From the NCBI GenBank assembly GCA_040182905.1, contig JARQWU010000060.1, positions 1 to 43,684 of the forward strand: 43,684 nucleotides of DNA, read 5' to 3'. The position numbers and the translations under genes are program-made. A model generated the notes under the pieces. The model was given only the letters and a program-made list of their open reading frames with translations. It searched no databases and was not told the origin of the DNA. The stretch comes from Barthelona sp. PAP020. Lineage: Eukaryota. This document shows positions 21,314 through 32,332 of this stretch, piece after piece (the first letter of the stretch is position 1; every line of letters starts with the position of its first letter).

Positions 21314-22993
21314 CTAATCATCATTATCATCACTATCATCATTTTCCATCTCTTCATCAATATACTGACGCATATTACCACCATTCCTTTCATTAGTGTC
21401 AATCAAATCCCAACATAAGTTGATTGATATGTCAAAATCTCTTTGATTCATGTAGACCCCAGCACTGACAAATTCTCGGATGATGACATTGTCTACATTC
21501 ATTGCAACAAGTGTTGATAAAAGATAGCCCTTATCCTTTACCAGTTCAATCAACTCAGATTTGGACAAATGTTCAAATTCTAAATCAACAGGCTCGCCAC
21601 TCTTCAATTGTTGTTTTAAATTGGGACAGCTCAAAATGCTGTATTTGTTCTTTTTCCATTGTTCATCACTTGTATACAATCTGTTGAAAAATAACAGCAT
21701 ATCTTCACCATATAAGTTTATTTCGGGACAATCTAGAAGCATCTTGGCAACATCAAGATGATCTTTATAACAACTGACATACAATGGAGAAAATCCACCG
21801 TCTCTGCACAAATTAACATCAGCTCCATGATCCAAGAGTATTCTGGCAACATCAAGATGACCTTTTTGACAACTGATGTACAATGGAGAAGCACCATTAT
21901 TCTTACACAAATTAACATCAGCACCATGGTTCAAGAGCATTTTGGTAACACTGAGATGACCATTTTGAGAACTGATGTACAATGGGGAAGTACCATTCTT
22001 ATTACACAAACCAACATCTGCTCCATGATCCAAGAGCATTTTGGCAACATCAAGATGACCTCTGTCACAACTGACATGCAATGGAGAAAATCCACCGTCT
22101 CTGCACAAATTAACATCAGCACCATGCTCCAAGAGCATTTTAGCAACATCAAGATGACCTTTTTGACAACTGATGTACAATGGAGAAAGATTAGTATTCT
22201 TACACAAATTTACATCAGCACCATGGTCTAAGAGCATTTTGGCGACATCAAGATGACCATTTTGAGAACTGATGAACAATGGGGAAGTACCATTCTTATT
22301 ACACAAATCAACATCTGCTCCATGATCCAAGAGAATTTTGGCAACATCAAGATGACCTCTGTCACAACTGAGATACAATGGAGAAAATCCACCTTCCCTA
22401 CACAAATTAACATCAGCTCCATGTTCCAAGAGCATTTTGGCAACATCAAGATGACTTTTTTGACAACTGATGTACAATGGAGAGGTACCATCATTCATAC
22501 ATAAATTAAAATCAGCTCCATGATCCAAGAGCATTTTGGCAACATCAAGATGTCCTTGTTGACAACTGATGTACAATGGAGAAGCATTATCATTCTTACA
22601 CAAATTAACATCAGCTCCATTGTTCAATAGCATTTTGGCAACATCAAGATGACCATTTTGACAACTTATGTACAATGGAGAAGTATCATTCTTATTACAT
22701 AAATTAACATCAGCGCCAAAATCCAACAAAAACTCAACAACTTCAATATGCCCATTTAAAGCAGTTCCCCAAAGCGATGTCCTTCCTTTTTTGCCCTGCT
22801 TATTCACATCAATGCCAGCTTTGATACACTGCTTGACAAGATCAAGATTACCCTTACATGCTGCAAAATAGATCTTCTTTGGCCGACCATTATCTTCAAA
22901 TCCATCCACATCGAACCCATCTGGAACAACAACTTGATCCATATTATACTTAACATAAGGTTCAGTTTCCTCAACTGCAGTGTTAACAACCAT
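21314..22993 (-). CDS. Ankyrin-repeat protein (~12 repeats) with unrecognised 81-aa C-terminal domain
   Basis: SPLYISCQxGHLDVAKMLLxHGADVNL 33-aa units. First ATG at 22993. The C-terminus is homologous to that of the WD40 gene at 41910-43160. Confidence 0.93.
   Translation of the reverse strand: MVVNTAVEETEPYVKYNMDQVVVPDGFDVDGFEDNGRPKKIYFAACKGNLDLVKQCIKAGIDVNKQGKKGRTSLWGTALNGHIEVVEFLLDFGADVNLCNKNDTSPLYISCQNGHLDVAKMLLNNGADVNLCKNDNASPLYISCQQGHLDVAKMLLDHGADFNLCMNDGTSPLYISCQKSHLDVAKMLLEHGADVNLCREGGFSPLYLSCDRGHLDVAKILLDHGADVDLCNKNGTSPLFISSQNGHLDVAKMLLDHGADVNLCKNTNLSPLYISCQKGHLDVAKMLLEHGADVNLCRDGGFSPLHVSCDRGHLDVAKMLLDHGADVGLCNKNGTSPLYISSQNGHLSVTKMLLNHGADVNLCKNNGASPLYISCQKGHLDVARILLDHGADVNLCRDGGFSPLYVSCYKDHLDVAKMLLDCPEINLYGEDMLLFFNRLYTSDEQWKKNKYSILSCPNLKQQLKSGEPVDLEFEHLSKSELIELVKDKGYLLSTLVAMNVDNVIIREFVSAGVYMNQRDFDISINLCWDLIDTNERNGGNMRQYIDEEMENDDSDDNDD
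21712..22699 (-). repeat. Tandem array of ten near-identical 99-bp ankyrin-coding units
   Basis: ttttggcaacatcaagatgacc and acaaattaacatcagc recur with a 99-bp period. Confidence 0.95.
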
Positions 22994-24022
22994 TGTCGGC
23001 AAAAAAAATAAAAAGGTCCAAATTTCTCATTTCTCTTTGGATATTCAATATTTATCCCTCAAATCAGGCATTATTTTAATTTAGTTGTTGGCAAAATGAA
23101 ATTTGATGATTGATTGACTGGTTTGTGGAGAACTCTTTACAATATTAATTAACTCTTTCTTGAGATTTCCTTTTTCGAATTGATGCTGCGAATTAAGCTT
23201 TTGATATTGATTTAAACTTCGTGGAAATGTCAAACAATTATGAAAGTTTGTCATCATGATGTTTGTTCGAATATTTTAAACAAAAGACATTTTTCCCATT
23301 CATTTTTACAGATTTGTTGATGTGTTGATGGTATTTACATATTTATACTCACGAAATTTACAAATTGAAAGTGCAAGAGTGCGATATATATTCATCAAAT
23401 TTTCTCTTTGTCTTGCATTGAAGAAACCTTTTTCATTTCTACAATGAGCCTCTTATATTGGTTTGCGACAACCTTCAATTTATTTAAATAAAGGCAACAT
23501 CATTTATTATTAATATTTTCTGTTCTTGTTGTGTTGGACTCCATAATAGGTATCGTAATCTTAAGAAAAGATAAAAATGACCTAACACTTTGGTCTAATA
23601 GTGACATAAACTTATTTACAGTGAAAAGAAACCGAAATATTCGCTTCAATAAATTTTTAGCCAAAACTCAGGGTATGAGGAATCTAAACTAAAATTCTAT
23701 GTGTAGATGCAGTTTGTACCTCTGGGAAATAACTTTATGCTCCTTTTTCTTCTTTTGAATTTTTTGCCAAAGTAAAATTCTAAAGTTTTCAAAAGATCAA
23801 TCGGACTTTGAGAGTCTTCAACCAAACAAACACTATTCTCTTTTGTCATTCATACGCACAGTGCTTTTTGGCTTGGAAATCATGTTATTGTTGCATAACT
23901 TCACCTTTTTCAATTAATTTCACATTATAAATAAATTCTTCAATGAAAGAATTTTAGTTGAACTAATTTTTCTGTCATCAATAAACAAACAATCAAATAC
24001 AAACAAAATTTATCCTATTCAA

Positions 24023-24094
24023 GTCGATGTAGTTTAATGGTATAATACTCGCTTCGGGTGTGAGAGGGTCTGGGTTCAAGTCCCGGCATCGACC
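24023..24094 (+). tRNA. tRNA-Pro (anticodon CGG)
   Basis: Acceptor GTCGATG/CATCGAC, anticodon arm CTCGC-TTCGGGT-GTGAG, T arm CTGGG-TTCAAGT-CCCGG, C discriminator, followed by a T-run Pol III terminator. Confidence 0.95.
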
Positions 24095-24210
24095 ATTTTT
24101 CTTTTAATAATTTGAAGTAGGTTGAATTTTTGCTTTGGCGGATCGAGTCTCTATTCAACCCAATTCAATTCACTTTAGGTACAATTCACTCGACAAAATA
24201 GTTCACGTTC

Positions 24211-24620
24211 CACACGACAATAATAATAAATGTTTATAAAGATCTTTATTGTTCTCGGTTAGAGTTTGGGGGTACTTGCAACTGAGTCGTTTTGCGTGGA
24301 TGGTTCAGAACACTCTTAAAAAAAAAGAAATACTTTAGGTGTGGATGGGGCGATTATCTAAATAAAAGTTTAATAATCTTTTCCCTTCTTGCCAATAAAT
24401 TTTGATTGTTCTTCTTTGGGTTTCCTTGATGAAACCTTGTAATTCCTTGTTAACCTACTAAGTACACTTGTATCCTTATTATCATGAATCATTTGATTCT
24501 TTGCTGTCATTTCACTTTCAATTTTGATATCCATTTTCATCAGAAATTGCAAGAAAAAAACCTAAACCACAATTTTAATGTCTTTTACGCAAAATATGTC
24601 CACTTTGCAACGAACACTTG
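24211..24620. repeat. Dispersed repeat family B, copy 2
   Basis: Homologous to 216-611. A further partial direct copy of 24258-24323 lies at 24627-24689. Confidence 0.85.
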
Positions 24621-24857
24621 TTGGTAGTTAGAGTTTGAGTGTATTGTTAACTGGTTTGTGTGTGAATGGTTCAGAACACTCTTAAAAAACCTATTTTGTA
24701 TGTTAATGAACTGTCAGTTTTGGAAAAAGTTTTTAAGAAAAAATATTTACAAAATTTATGACATTATTGCTGTTCAAATTGAAACATTAAAATATTAGAA
24801 AACTGCGAAATATATTCATTAAATCAAAAAATCATTAAAAACTAAATAATTATGGCA

Positions 24858-26930
24858 TTAAAGATGTTGACCTTGTTTCAATTGTGTTAAACTGTAAGTA
24901 CAATCCATGAAACTTCTTGCAGGCAAATTATTTTGTTTGATAAACATGGCAAAATCGTAAAGATCTTGATTTGCACAATGTTTTCCTAATTCTAAAAAAT
25001 TTTTGTCCAATCTGTGACAATTAAGTGGGTCTTTTCCATCAGGGGAACATCTAAAAGAATGGGTAGTACCTGCAGATGTATCAACCAGTGGAACTGGATC
25101 ATTTTTTGGTAAAAATGATTCACATGCAAACATCATTGCTTCTTCAGTTATATCATACCTTAAACCCGTCAATAAAGTACCAACAGGAGATATTGTGATG
25201 GAATTGGCGCCATAATATGCTGCCAATAAATTAGCTAATGAACCACCCAATGAATGTCCCACAAAATAAATATCATTACCAAGTGCCTTAGCTTTGTGAA
25301 TTACACTGGCAAGTTCATTTTTCAATGATTGGAAATAATCAACTTCATCAAAGACCAAGTACTCACTGCTAAATTGCAAAACCAACATGATTAAACTCTT
25401 GAAAGATTTTGGAATTAATTGCCCAAAAGGTATTGCCTCTTGAATCATTTGTACTAGCAAGGCTTCTGTGAACATTTGAGAATCAACAGTCATATCAGTA
25501 GATAATAAAGTACCTCTCACATTGATAATGGTAAGACCCAGTTTTTTTGAATGGTAAACATTGTGATATCCTGCAACATTGTTTGTAATTCTTGTTCGCT
25601 CATTGATAAAGTCATAATTGTGAAATTTCCGATAAAAGGGAAAAGCATAGGGTTGATAGGCTAGTTTTGCAAATACCAACATATCTGTTCTTGTCAAATT
25701 TGAACCAGGGATAACTTCTGTATCACAAAAACTATATTTTGAAGATTCATCAATGGGGTATTCTTTCAAAGGCTTAAATTTCAAATTGCATTCATTTTGT
25801 AGTTGAATAGCACTCTGAATACTGTTACCTTCTTGTAAAACAAACCCTCCTGTGTGACTAGCATTGGCAATGAACTTGAAAAAAAAGGCAAAAACCAAAA
25901 AGATGATAACATCCAATATTAGTATTTTGACACGATTCCAACTGCTGGTGAATGAAGATAACGTTGAAGTAAGTGGGAAAATCAAAAAAGAAAAAAATAG
26001 TGCGATAAAAATACCAACATAAGTGTTCTTGAAAGTGTGTGTAAAAAACCATACAACAATTACAGTAATGAATAACAAAAGGTTCAGTGAAAACATTATT
26101 TTTTTAATACGTTCACCTTCATTGAACAAAACATTTCGTAAATTGTAGTACACAATGTTTAAACATCGGCTAATAATACTCAACAATAATACAAAGACAA
26201 TGCAACCGCTACTTACAAAAAAACAATAGATAGGTGTGTAGTATCCCATTTTTTCATTTGTAATCATATGCAACATTGAATATATGCCAGTAATACCCAT
26301 TAACATGGACCAAATAAACAATTGATGTTTCTCACAAAACTTTAGGAATACATCCTCTTTTGATGCTAAGAATTGTTGTACTTCATGATCAGTTAACATC
26401 TTTCTATCTTTCTTAATACCTCTGATTAACCATAAATTGTGATAATAGGGAATTTTTAGACTACTTTTGCTTTTTTCAAAAAATGGATCAAATTCATCAA
26501 TAAGAACCATAGTATTATTATTAATGTTTTTCACATTATTTGAATAAGAATGTTCTTCATTAAAAAAACGATTCAATAACATTCGTTTAAATGAATCCAA
26601 TTCATGAAAATTAATATTTGATACAAACCACCAATTATCCCAATATTTCTTTAATAAAGTGGGAAAAATTGTAAACGTTAATAATAATAAATGAGTTAAA
26701 TATACTAAAATGATTGAACAAATTATCAAGTTAAAAATATTTAATTCAACTTTTGCCATGGATGCAGCAAATACAGTTTGTATTAAAACAGATGATATTA
26801 ATGAATTAATGCCTAAATATATCAATAAAATGGAAAATCGACAAATAATACTATAAAAACGTTTGGTAGAAGCAAAATATATGAAAACAATTAATAATAT
26901 ACTCCCTAATATAATATTAAACAAATCCAT
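24858..26930 (-). CDS. Multi-TM class 3 lipase (DAG-lipase/Atg15-like architecture)
   Basis: Many N-terminal TM helices, IINVRGT, FVGHSLGG nucleophile elbow, NDPVP, C-terminal His (NCHR). Confidence 0.85.
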   Translation of the reverse strand: MDLFNIILGSILLIVFIYFASTKRFYSIICRFSILLIYLGINSLISSVLIQTVFAASMAKVELNIFNLIICSIILVYLTHLLLLTFTIFPTLLKKYWDNWWFVSNINFHELDSFKRMLLNRFFNEEHSYSNNVKNINNNTMVLIDEFDPFFEKSKSSLKIPYYHNLWLIRGIKKDRKMLTDHEVQQFLASKEDVFLKFCEKHQLFIWSMLMGITGIYSMLHMITNEKMGYYTPIYCFFVSSGCIVFVLLLSIISRCLNIVYYNLRNVLFNEGERIKKIMFSLNLLLFITVIVVWFFTHTFKNTYVGIFIALFFSFLIFPLTSTLSSFTSSWNRVKILILDVIIFLVFAFFFKFIANASHTGGFVLQEGNSIQSAIQLQNECNLKFKPLKEYPIDESSKYSFCDTEVIPGSNLTRTDMLVFAKLAYQPYAFPFYRKFHNYDFINERTRITNNVAGYHNVYHSKKLGLTIINVRGTLLSTDMTVDSQMFTEALLVQMIQEAIPFGQLIPKSFKSLIMLVLQFSSEYLVFDEVDYFQSLKNELASVIHKAKALGNDIYFVGHSLGGSLANLLAAYYGANSITISPVGTLLTGLRYDITEEAMMFACESFLPKNDPVPLVDTSAGTTHSFRCSPDGKDPLNCHRLDKNFLELGKHCANQDLYDFAMFIKQNNLPARSFMDCTYSLTQLKQGQHL

Positions 26931-27027
26931 ATCTTTCTTTTTTCAAATAAGTGATGTTTAATAAAAAATTAAGGTTGATTATTTTTTTTATCACACAAAT
27001 ACTGTTCATTTTTTTTATTGATGTGGT

Positions 27028-27342
27028 ATGACATCAAATCAAAATGAAGATGAAGTCAACTTGGATGACAAAGAGCAAGAAAACAATGATGTATTCAATT
27101 ATTTGAAATTTACAACTTCACAAATTAACAGACTAAATAAAACTCTAAAATTATTAAACGATTTAGAAAAAAATGTTCAAGAAGTGTTGTTCAAAGCCGA
27201 AATTGATATCCAAACATTAGATTCATCAAAAAGAAATCCTGTTGAAATTGAATCAGATGTTAACAAATTACAACAACAAAAGTTTTTAGATTTTCTTAAT
27301 CGTGAAGGGCCTATTGATATCAACACATTATTCAATATGTAA
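27028..27342 (+). CDS. Small 104-aa coiled-coil hypothetical protein
   Basis: ATG-initiated ORF with protein-like composition that exactly fills the gap between flanking genes. Confidence 0.65.
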   Translation: MTSNQNEDEVNLDDKEQENNDVFNYLKFTTSQINRLNKTLKLLNDLEKNVQEVLFKAEIDIQTLDSSKRNPVEIESDVNKLQQQKFLDFLNREGPIDINTLFNM

Positions 27343-27381
27343 AAAGAAAAACAACACAATTTTACAAAAAGTAAGAAAGAA

Positions 27382-29762
27382 TTACAATTCACTTAAGTTT
27401 TTAATATATTTAGCACAGAATCTCACTGCTTGAGAAAAAGTAATGTTATCTACTCCATCTTTGTCGGCTTTGTTGACCAAAATGGCAATATCATGCACTG
27501 ATAATTCTGGATCCATCAGATTAATTAGATGGCCTAGTTCTTCTGCATTTAATGTTCCTTTTTCATCCACATCAATGCTGTAAAAGAGCTTATTAAATTG
27601 GAACAAGAATTCAAGATGTTGTTTTAATTGCCAATTCAACAAAATTTCCATAAACTTAACGAAAGGTACTTTTGTTTTCTCTTCTTCAGGTAGTAATCCC
27701 ATCTTAGCCATAACATTATTAAGTTTACCAACTTTTTGCAAATGTTTTGAACGAATTTTTTGTGATTCACTCAGATAATTTTTCTTTACATTATGTTGTT
27801 GTTCTCCTGTTGCTTGAGATATCCTTTCACTCCAATACTCACTAACCAAAACGTTAACCAAATCTGTCAACTCATTTGTGTGATCTTCATCATAAATATC
27901 TTTTATAATACGCATCCAATATTTTTCTTTAATGGTAGATAAAGATTCATTCAATAACTTATCAATTTCAGCATTTAATGCTAAAGGATTATCTTCCGTA
28001 ATATACACTCTCAATAATTGTTCAACGGTAATCTTCAATTGATCCTGAACGTCCTTAAAATCTTCATCTATTTTATTCAAGTAAATTTGCTCAAATACAG
28101 CAATATCACTACTTTCAAATCTAAATTTACTGATAGACACTTTTAAGGCTTGTAGATTTTGTTTAATGATATGAGGTAAACCATATTTGGCAGTAAAAAA
28201 ATCATGTAAATATTGTTTCATAGTCAACACTGGTTTTTGGAGATTTTTAGACTTTTCATCGGCTTCTTCTTTTCCATTGTATATTTCCTTTATCAAATCT
28301 AATGTCTGTCTCCTAGTAAAGGTTTTAGCATAATTTCTAACTTTGCTAGTGCCATGGATATGCATATTGGAAATATTTTCAGTCATATTTGGTTTGCTTT
28401 TTAATTTTCCTTCAGTAGAACTTGAAAGATTTGGAGTTTTAGGAGAATAACGTGGAGATGAACTATATCCAACATCATGCATACCATTATCAATGTGATT
28501 TTGACGATATTTTTGTTTTTCAACAATTAATTGACGACTCATTCTGTCCATTTCACCTTTGCAAAAATCTAACTCAATTTCATGCTTTTTTTCCATCTCA
28601 TCAATTGTTTTCTTTAAATCAACAATCGTACCGTTTAATTCCTCGTTCATTACAGATAAATCTTTGTCAACATCAAAAAGTTGGTCTTGATTCAGTGACA
28701 TATTATCCAACTTGTTCTTTAGAATATCAATAGTTTCATCATGTTTAAAACGTGCATAACACATTAATTGACGCATTCTTAACATATTGCAATGTTGACT
28801 TTTAATTAAATATTTTAAATACACAGCTATATTCTTATCTTCTTCTTTTTCTGATAATATATCACAAAGAATATGCATATTAACGTTGTTATAAGAATCG
28901 TACATGGTCAATCGTTCAAAATTCTTCAAGATGTCATCAAATTCATTTCTATAGACTTGGGAACTTTTTTCATTTTTTAGCTCGATTTCTCGTTCGATCA
29001 CATCGTATTGATCTCGAATAATTTCTTCATTTCTGGCAAAAATATCAAATGCTTCATGTCTCAAATATTCATCTTTATTCTCACGCAAATCTAAAATTTT
29101 TTCAAGTAAATTTATCGATTTTGCAGGTTCATTTTCATTTTCCAATGTGTTAGAATCAACCAAATACTTCCCAAATACTTCTAATTCTTTCATCGTTTTA
29201 ATATCATTAATCAAAATGAATTTTTTTCTTTCTTCATCATTTTCTGCTTTATCATCTTCATCTTCAACTTCTTCTTCCACTTCACCATTAAAATTATTAT
29301 TTATCTCTTCGGTAAGATTATTGAGATGTTTAGATCCAATTTGTTCATAATTAGGCAAATAATCACCATTAAATGAGTATAAACCTGAAATATTTTCAAT
29401 AGATTTTAAATATTTGTTGTTTAATTCATCACCATAATTTAAATCCAACCATATATGTTTTAAATTTGGTAAATCATTTAGTAATGCAATTAATTCTTCA
29501 ATATTATTGATATGATTGCCAATAAAATTAATAGCTTCTAATGTTTTTATTTCTTTTAAAGAGATGGGAATAAAAGAAGTATTACATTCAGATAAATCTA
29601 AAAACTAGTATGATTAGTGACATTTGAATACAATTATTATGTTACTTTTAAATTTGGAAAATTTCTATATTCAACAAATAACGCTTCTAATTCATTAACA
29701 GAATCAATTTTAGGCACTACAATTGCCACAAAAGTCATTTCTTCTTCTTCAATCAAATTCAT
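27382..29762 (-). CDS. LRR + coiled-coil + C-terminal EF-hand protein (2 exons: 29762-29646, 29604-27382; 779 aa)
   Basis: The frame continues upstream of the ORF-track start as LRRs (FPNLK|FLDLSEC, TLEAINFIGNHI, LPNLKHIWL) across a 41-nt intron. EF-hands DVDEKGTLNAEE and DKDGVDNITFSQ. Confidence 0.8.
29605..29645 (-). other. 41-nt spliceosomal intron (GT...ACTAAT CATAC TAG)
   Basis: Minus strand gtaacataataattgtattcaaatgtcactaatcatactag. Removal rebuilds a canonical LRR (PNLKFLDLS) in phase 0. Confidence 0.85.
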
Positions 29763-29914
29763 GAAATAAAAAAAAAAAGAAATAAGCAGTAGTAATCATT
29801 TCATTTATAATAATTAACAAAATAAAGAAACAAAAAAATCAAGAAATATACAGAATTTTGAAAAAATACACATGTTTATACACAAAATACAAAAACGTAA
29901 TTGATCATTAAATT

Positions 29915-30775
29915 CTACTTTAGATATAAACCAATACCAACCAATTGTTCAAAGTTAAGATTGACACTGCCTCTATTACCACCAAAACGTTGGAAAAGAG
30001 TTTGAAGCAGTTGAAGCATGCTGCAACATTCCATAAAACGTTCATAATTTAAGGCACATTGACCTCCAGTAACATCAAGAATTCTAGCAATGTTTTGAAT
30101 GATACCAGGAGAAATTTGGAATTGAAGTTGACTCAAAGCATTGGGAAGTTCATTCATTTGAACATAGTTATCTTGACCAAATTGCATCCAAACACCACGA
30201 ACACGTTCTAAGAATTGGTCCATCATCATGAACTCATCAATAGAAATATTTCCTTCACCAGATTGATCAAAACAACGAACCAAAATACGTGCAGTGTCCA
30301 TTTTGAAAGGCATTGAAGGTTGGGAGAAAGCTTGGCACAGTTCAGTAGCTGTAATCATACCAGTACGGTCAATATCTAATTGTTGGAATTTTTGTTGTAA
30401 CATCATTTGACGTTGTTGAGGAACAGCACCATAGCGTTGATTCCAGAATTGTTGCATGTTAAATTGACTTTGGAACCCAGGAATTTGGAAACCACCCATC
30501 ATGCTACCACCTATTGGCATGCCTTGTTGTTGCATACCTGATTGTTGGTTCATACCCATTTGCATACCATGTTGATGTTGTTGTTGCATTCCTTGTTGTC
30601 CCATCATTCCCATACCCAAAGGTTGTTGTTGTTGCATACCAGGTTGTCCCATACCCATACCCAAAGGCTGTTGTTGTTGTTGCATGCCAGGTTGATTCAT
30701 TCCCATACCTAAAGGTTGTTGTTGTTGCATACCAGGTTGTCCCATACCCATTCCAAGTGGTTGTCCAAAACTCAT
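29915..30775 (-). CDS. Penta-EF-hand protein (peflin/ALG-2/sorcin family)
   Basis: G/M/Q/P-rich N-terminus with QQQQPLGMGMxQPGM repeats, EF-hands DIDRTGMITATE and DQSGEGNISIDE, LNYERFMECC, VNLNFEQL. ATG at 30775. Confidence 0.9.
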   Translation of the reverse strand: MSFGQPLGMGMGQPGMQQQQPLGMGMNQPGMQQQQQPLGMGMGQPGMQQQQPLGMGMMGQQGMQQQHQHGMQMGMNQQSGMQQQGMPIGGSMMGGFQIPGFQSQFNMQQFWNQRYGAVPQQRQMMLQQKFQQLDIDRTGMITATELCQAFSQPSMPFKMDTARILVRCFDQSGEGNISIDEFMMMDQFLERVRGVWMQFGQDNYVQMNELPNALSQLQFQISPGIIQNIARILDVTGGQCALNYERFMECCSMLQLLQTLFQRFGGNRGSVNLNFEQLVGIGLYLK

Positions 30776-31038
30776 TTTTTTTGAAAGTAAAAAATATTGT
30801 TGCTTTCTCAATCTATTTTTTCTATTTAAATCATTGTTTTTATCTCCTTTCCTTTCTTAACAAATCTTTATATTTTCACTCAAATCTTTCATCATATTCT
30901 TAAAAAAAAAAAAGGACAATTCTTCAACTTTTTGAATTCTTTTGAAATATTTATGAAAAGAAAATTTTTTGATTTAGTGTCTAAAACCAACTATCTTTTT
31001 TGGAAAACTTCAAATAAAAAGAAAAAAAAATTTTTTAA

Positions 31039-32136
31039 TCAGTTTTTGTTCACATTTGCAAAATGCTGATTTTTCGCAAATTCCATATATACAGAGAATA
31101 ATAAATGCAAACTTTCAATAATATTGTCATATACAGGGATATCGTTAAGATTACACATGATTTTGGCATAATCACTTAAATTCATATCAATTTCTGGAGG
31201 AGGTAATTTAAGATTCATTAAACATTGTTCAAATTCAGGTTCAAATGCTTGCATTACTGTTTCTAAATCAGGGAAAGCACCTGCATAATTTACTGTGGGT
31301 GCAGGATTGCCTCTATGAATTGCCGCTACATTTTGTATCCAATTTTGAATATCAGAAGGTTTATTTTCAGCATCTATAATATTGGCTATCAATCGTTCGC
31401 TGTTTCCCGATGCTTTACCATGAGAACGAAGCTTTAAATCAAAGACAGCGCTATCAGTGCTTTGAATGGATGGTTCATCAAAAACGATTAACCCCAAGGT
31501 TTCTTCTTGTCCATCGGGTCTCTCAGGTTTTAAAAATGGATCAGCTTCACCAATATCATAACAATACTGTGGTAAAAATACACGAATTTTTGAATCAATG
31601 GTGATCTCCTTTGGAATATAACTGTCACACAGATCAAAAATACTTTGCAAAGCTGGTGAAAATTCTTCATTTTTGTGTAATTGGAAATTATTTGTCGGTA
31701 AAGAAGATGTATTGTGAGCACTAACAATAGGACTATAATTCATGGAGTCATCGTTTTCTACTTCGTCATGATAACCGCTTCTGTCAGGTGTTTCATTATG
31801 ATGATCCATTGGACTGTAACTCATGGAATCATTTGGATCATCATCATGATTAATTACCATTGATTGATATTCAGCATTTTCTTCTGTTTCCATTTTGTCA
31901 TCATCATCATCAATTGATAATTGATCCAAAGAATCCTCAGACTCTGATGGATTTGGATCAATTGCTTCATCATAATGTTGATTTTCTAACCTTAATGAAC
32001 GTCCCATTGTACTTGCTGCGGTTTGATTCAATGGTTGTGTGTTTTCAAGTTTAAAATCATCTTCACTCGAAAGTTGATTTGGTGAAAATCTTCCCAATGT
32101 ATTTGCATTTAAATCGTCATCCGACTGATTGTCCAT
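31039..32136 (-). CDS. IFT46: Intraflagellar transport protein 46
   Basis: Acidic N-terminus, FLPQY..DIGEADPFLKPERPD...LGL.VFDEPS.QS, I..WI..V..IH, PDLETVMQ, DIPVY, IESLHLLFS.Y.EF..NQHF. Likely start at ATG 32136. Confidence 0.93.
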   Translation of the reverse strand: MDNQSDDDLNANTLGRFSPNQLSSEDDFKLENTQPLNQTAASTMGRSLRLENQHYDEAIDPNPSESEDSLDQLSIDDDDDKMETEENAEYQSMVINHDDDPNDSMSYSPMDHHNETPDRSGYHDEVENDDSMNYSPIVSAHNTSSLPTNNFQLHKNEEFSPALQSIFDLCDSYIPKEITIDSKIRVFLPQYCYDIGEADPFLKPERPDGQEETLGLIVFDEPSIQSTDSAVFDLKLRSHGKASGNSERLIANIIDAENKPSDIQNWIQNVAAIHRGNPAPTVNYAGAFPDLETVMQAFEPEFEQCLMNLKLPPPEIDMNLSDYAKIMCNLNDIPVYDNIIESLHLLFSVYMEFAKNQHFANVNKN

Positions 32137-32332
32137 TATTTTGAAAACGAGAAAGAAAAAAAAATGAACTTGAATCATGTTTTCATTTTTTCTCTGTTGT
32201 GAAAGAAACAAAGATTCTCTTTATCTTGCTGATATAATAAAAGAAACACATGCAATCTTCCTAATTCTCAAAAGTTTTCACAAAAAAAATCAGGTCAAAA
32301 ACAACTATTTATTTTACAATAAAACTTCAATT

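Noticed and set aside
21712..22699. Regularly spaced direct repeats resembling a CRISPR array
   Set aside because: The whole 99-bp unit is homologous and protein-coding. There are no unique spacers or cas genes, and the context is eukaryotic.
21502..22989. Many repetitive overlapping ORFs in other frames and on the opposite strand of the ankyrin gene
   Set aside because: They are shadows of the 99-bp in-frame repeat, with no independent coding signal.
27028..27342. Weak resemblance of the 104-aa protein to SNAPC5
   Set aside because: Only generic heptad similarity, too weak to name.
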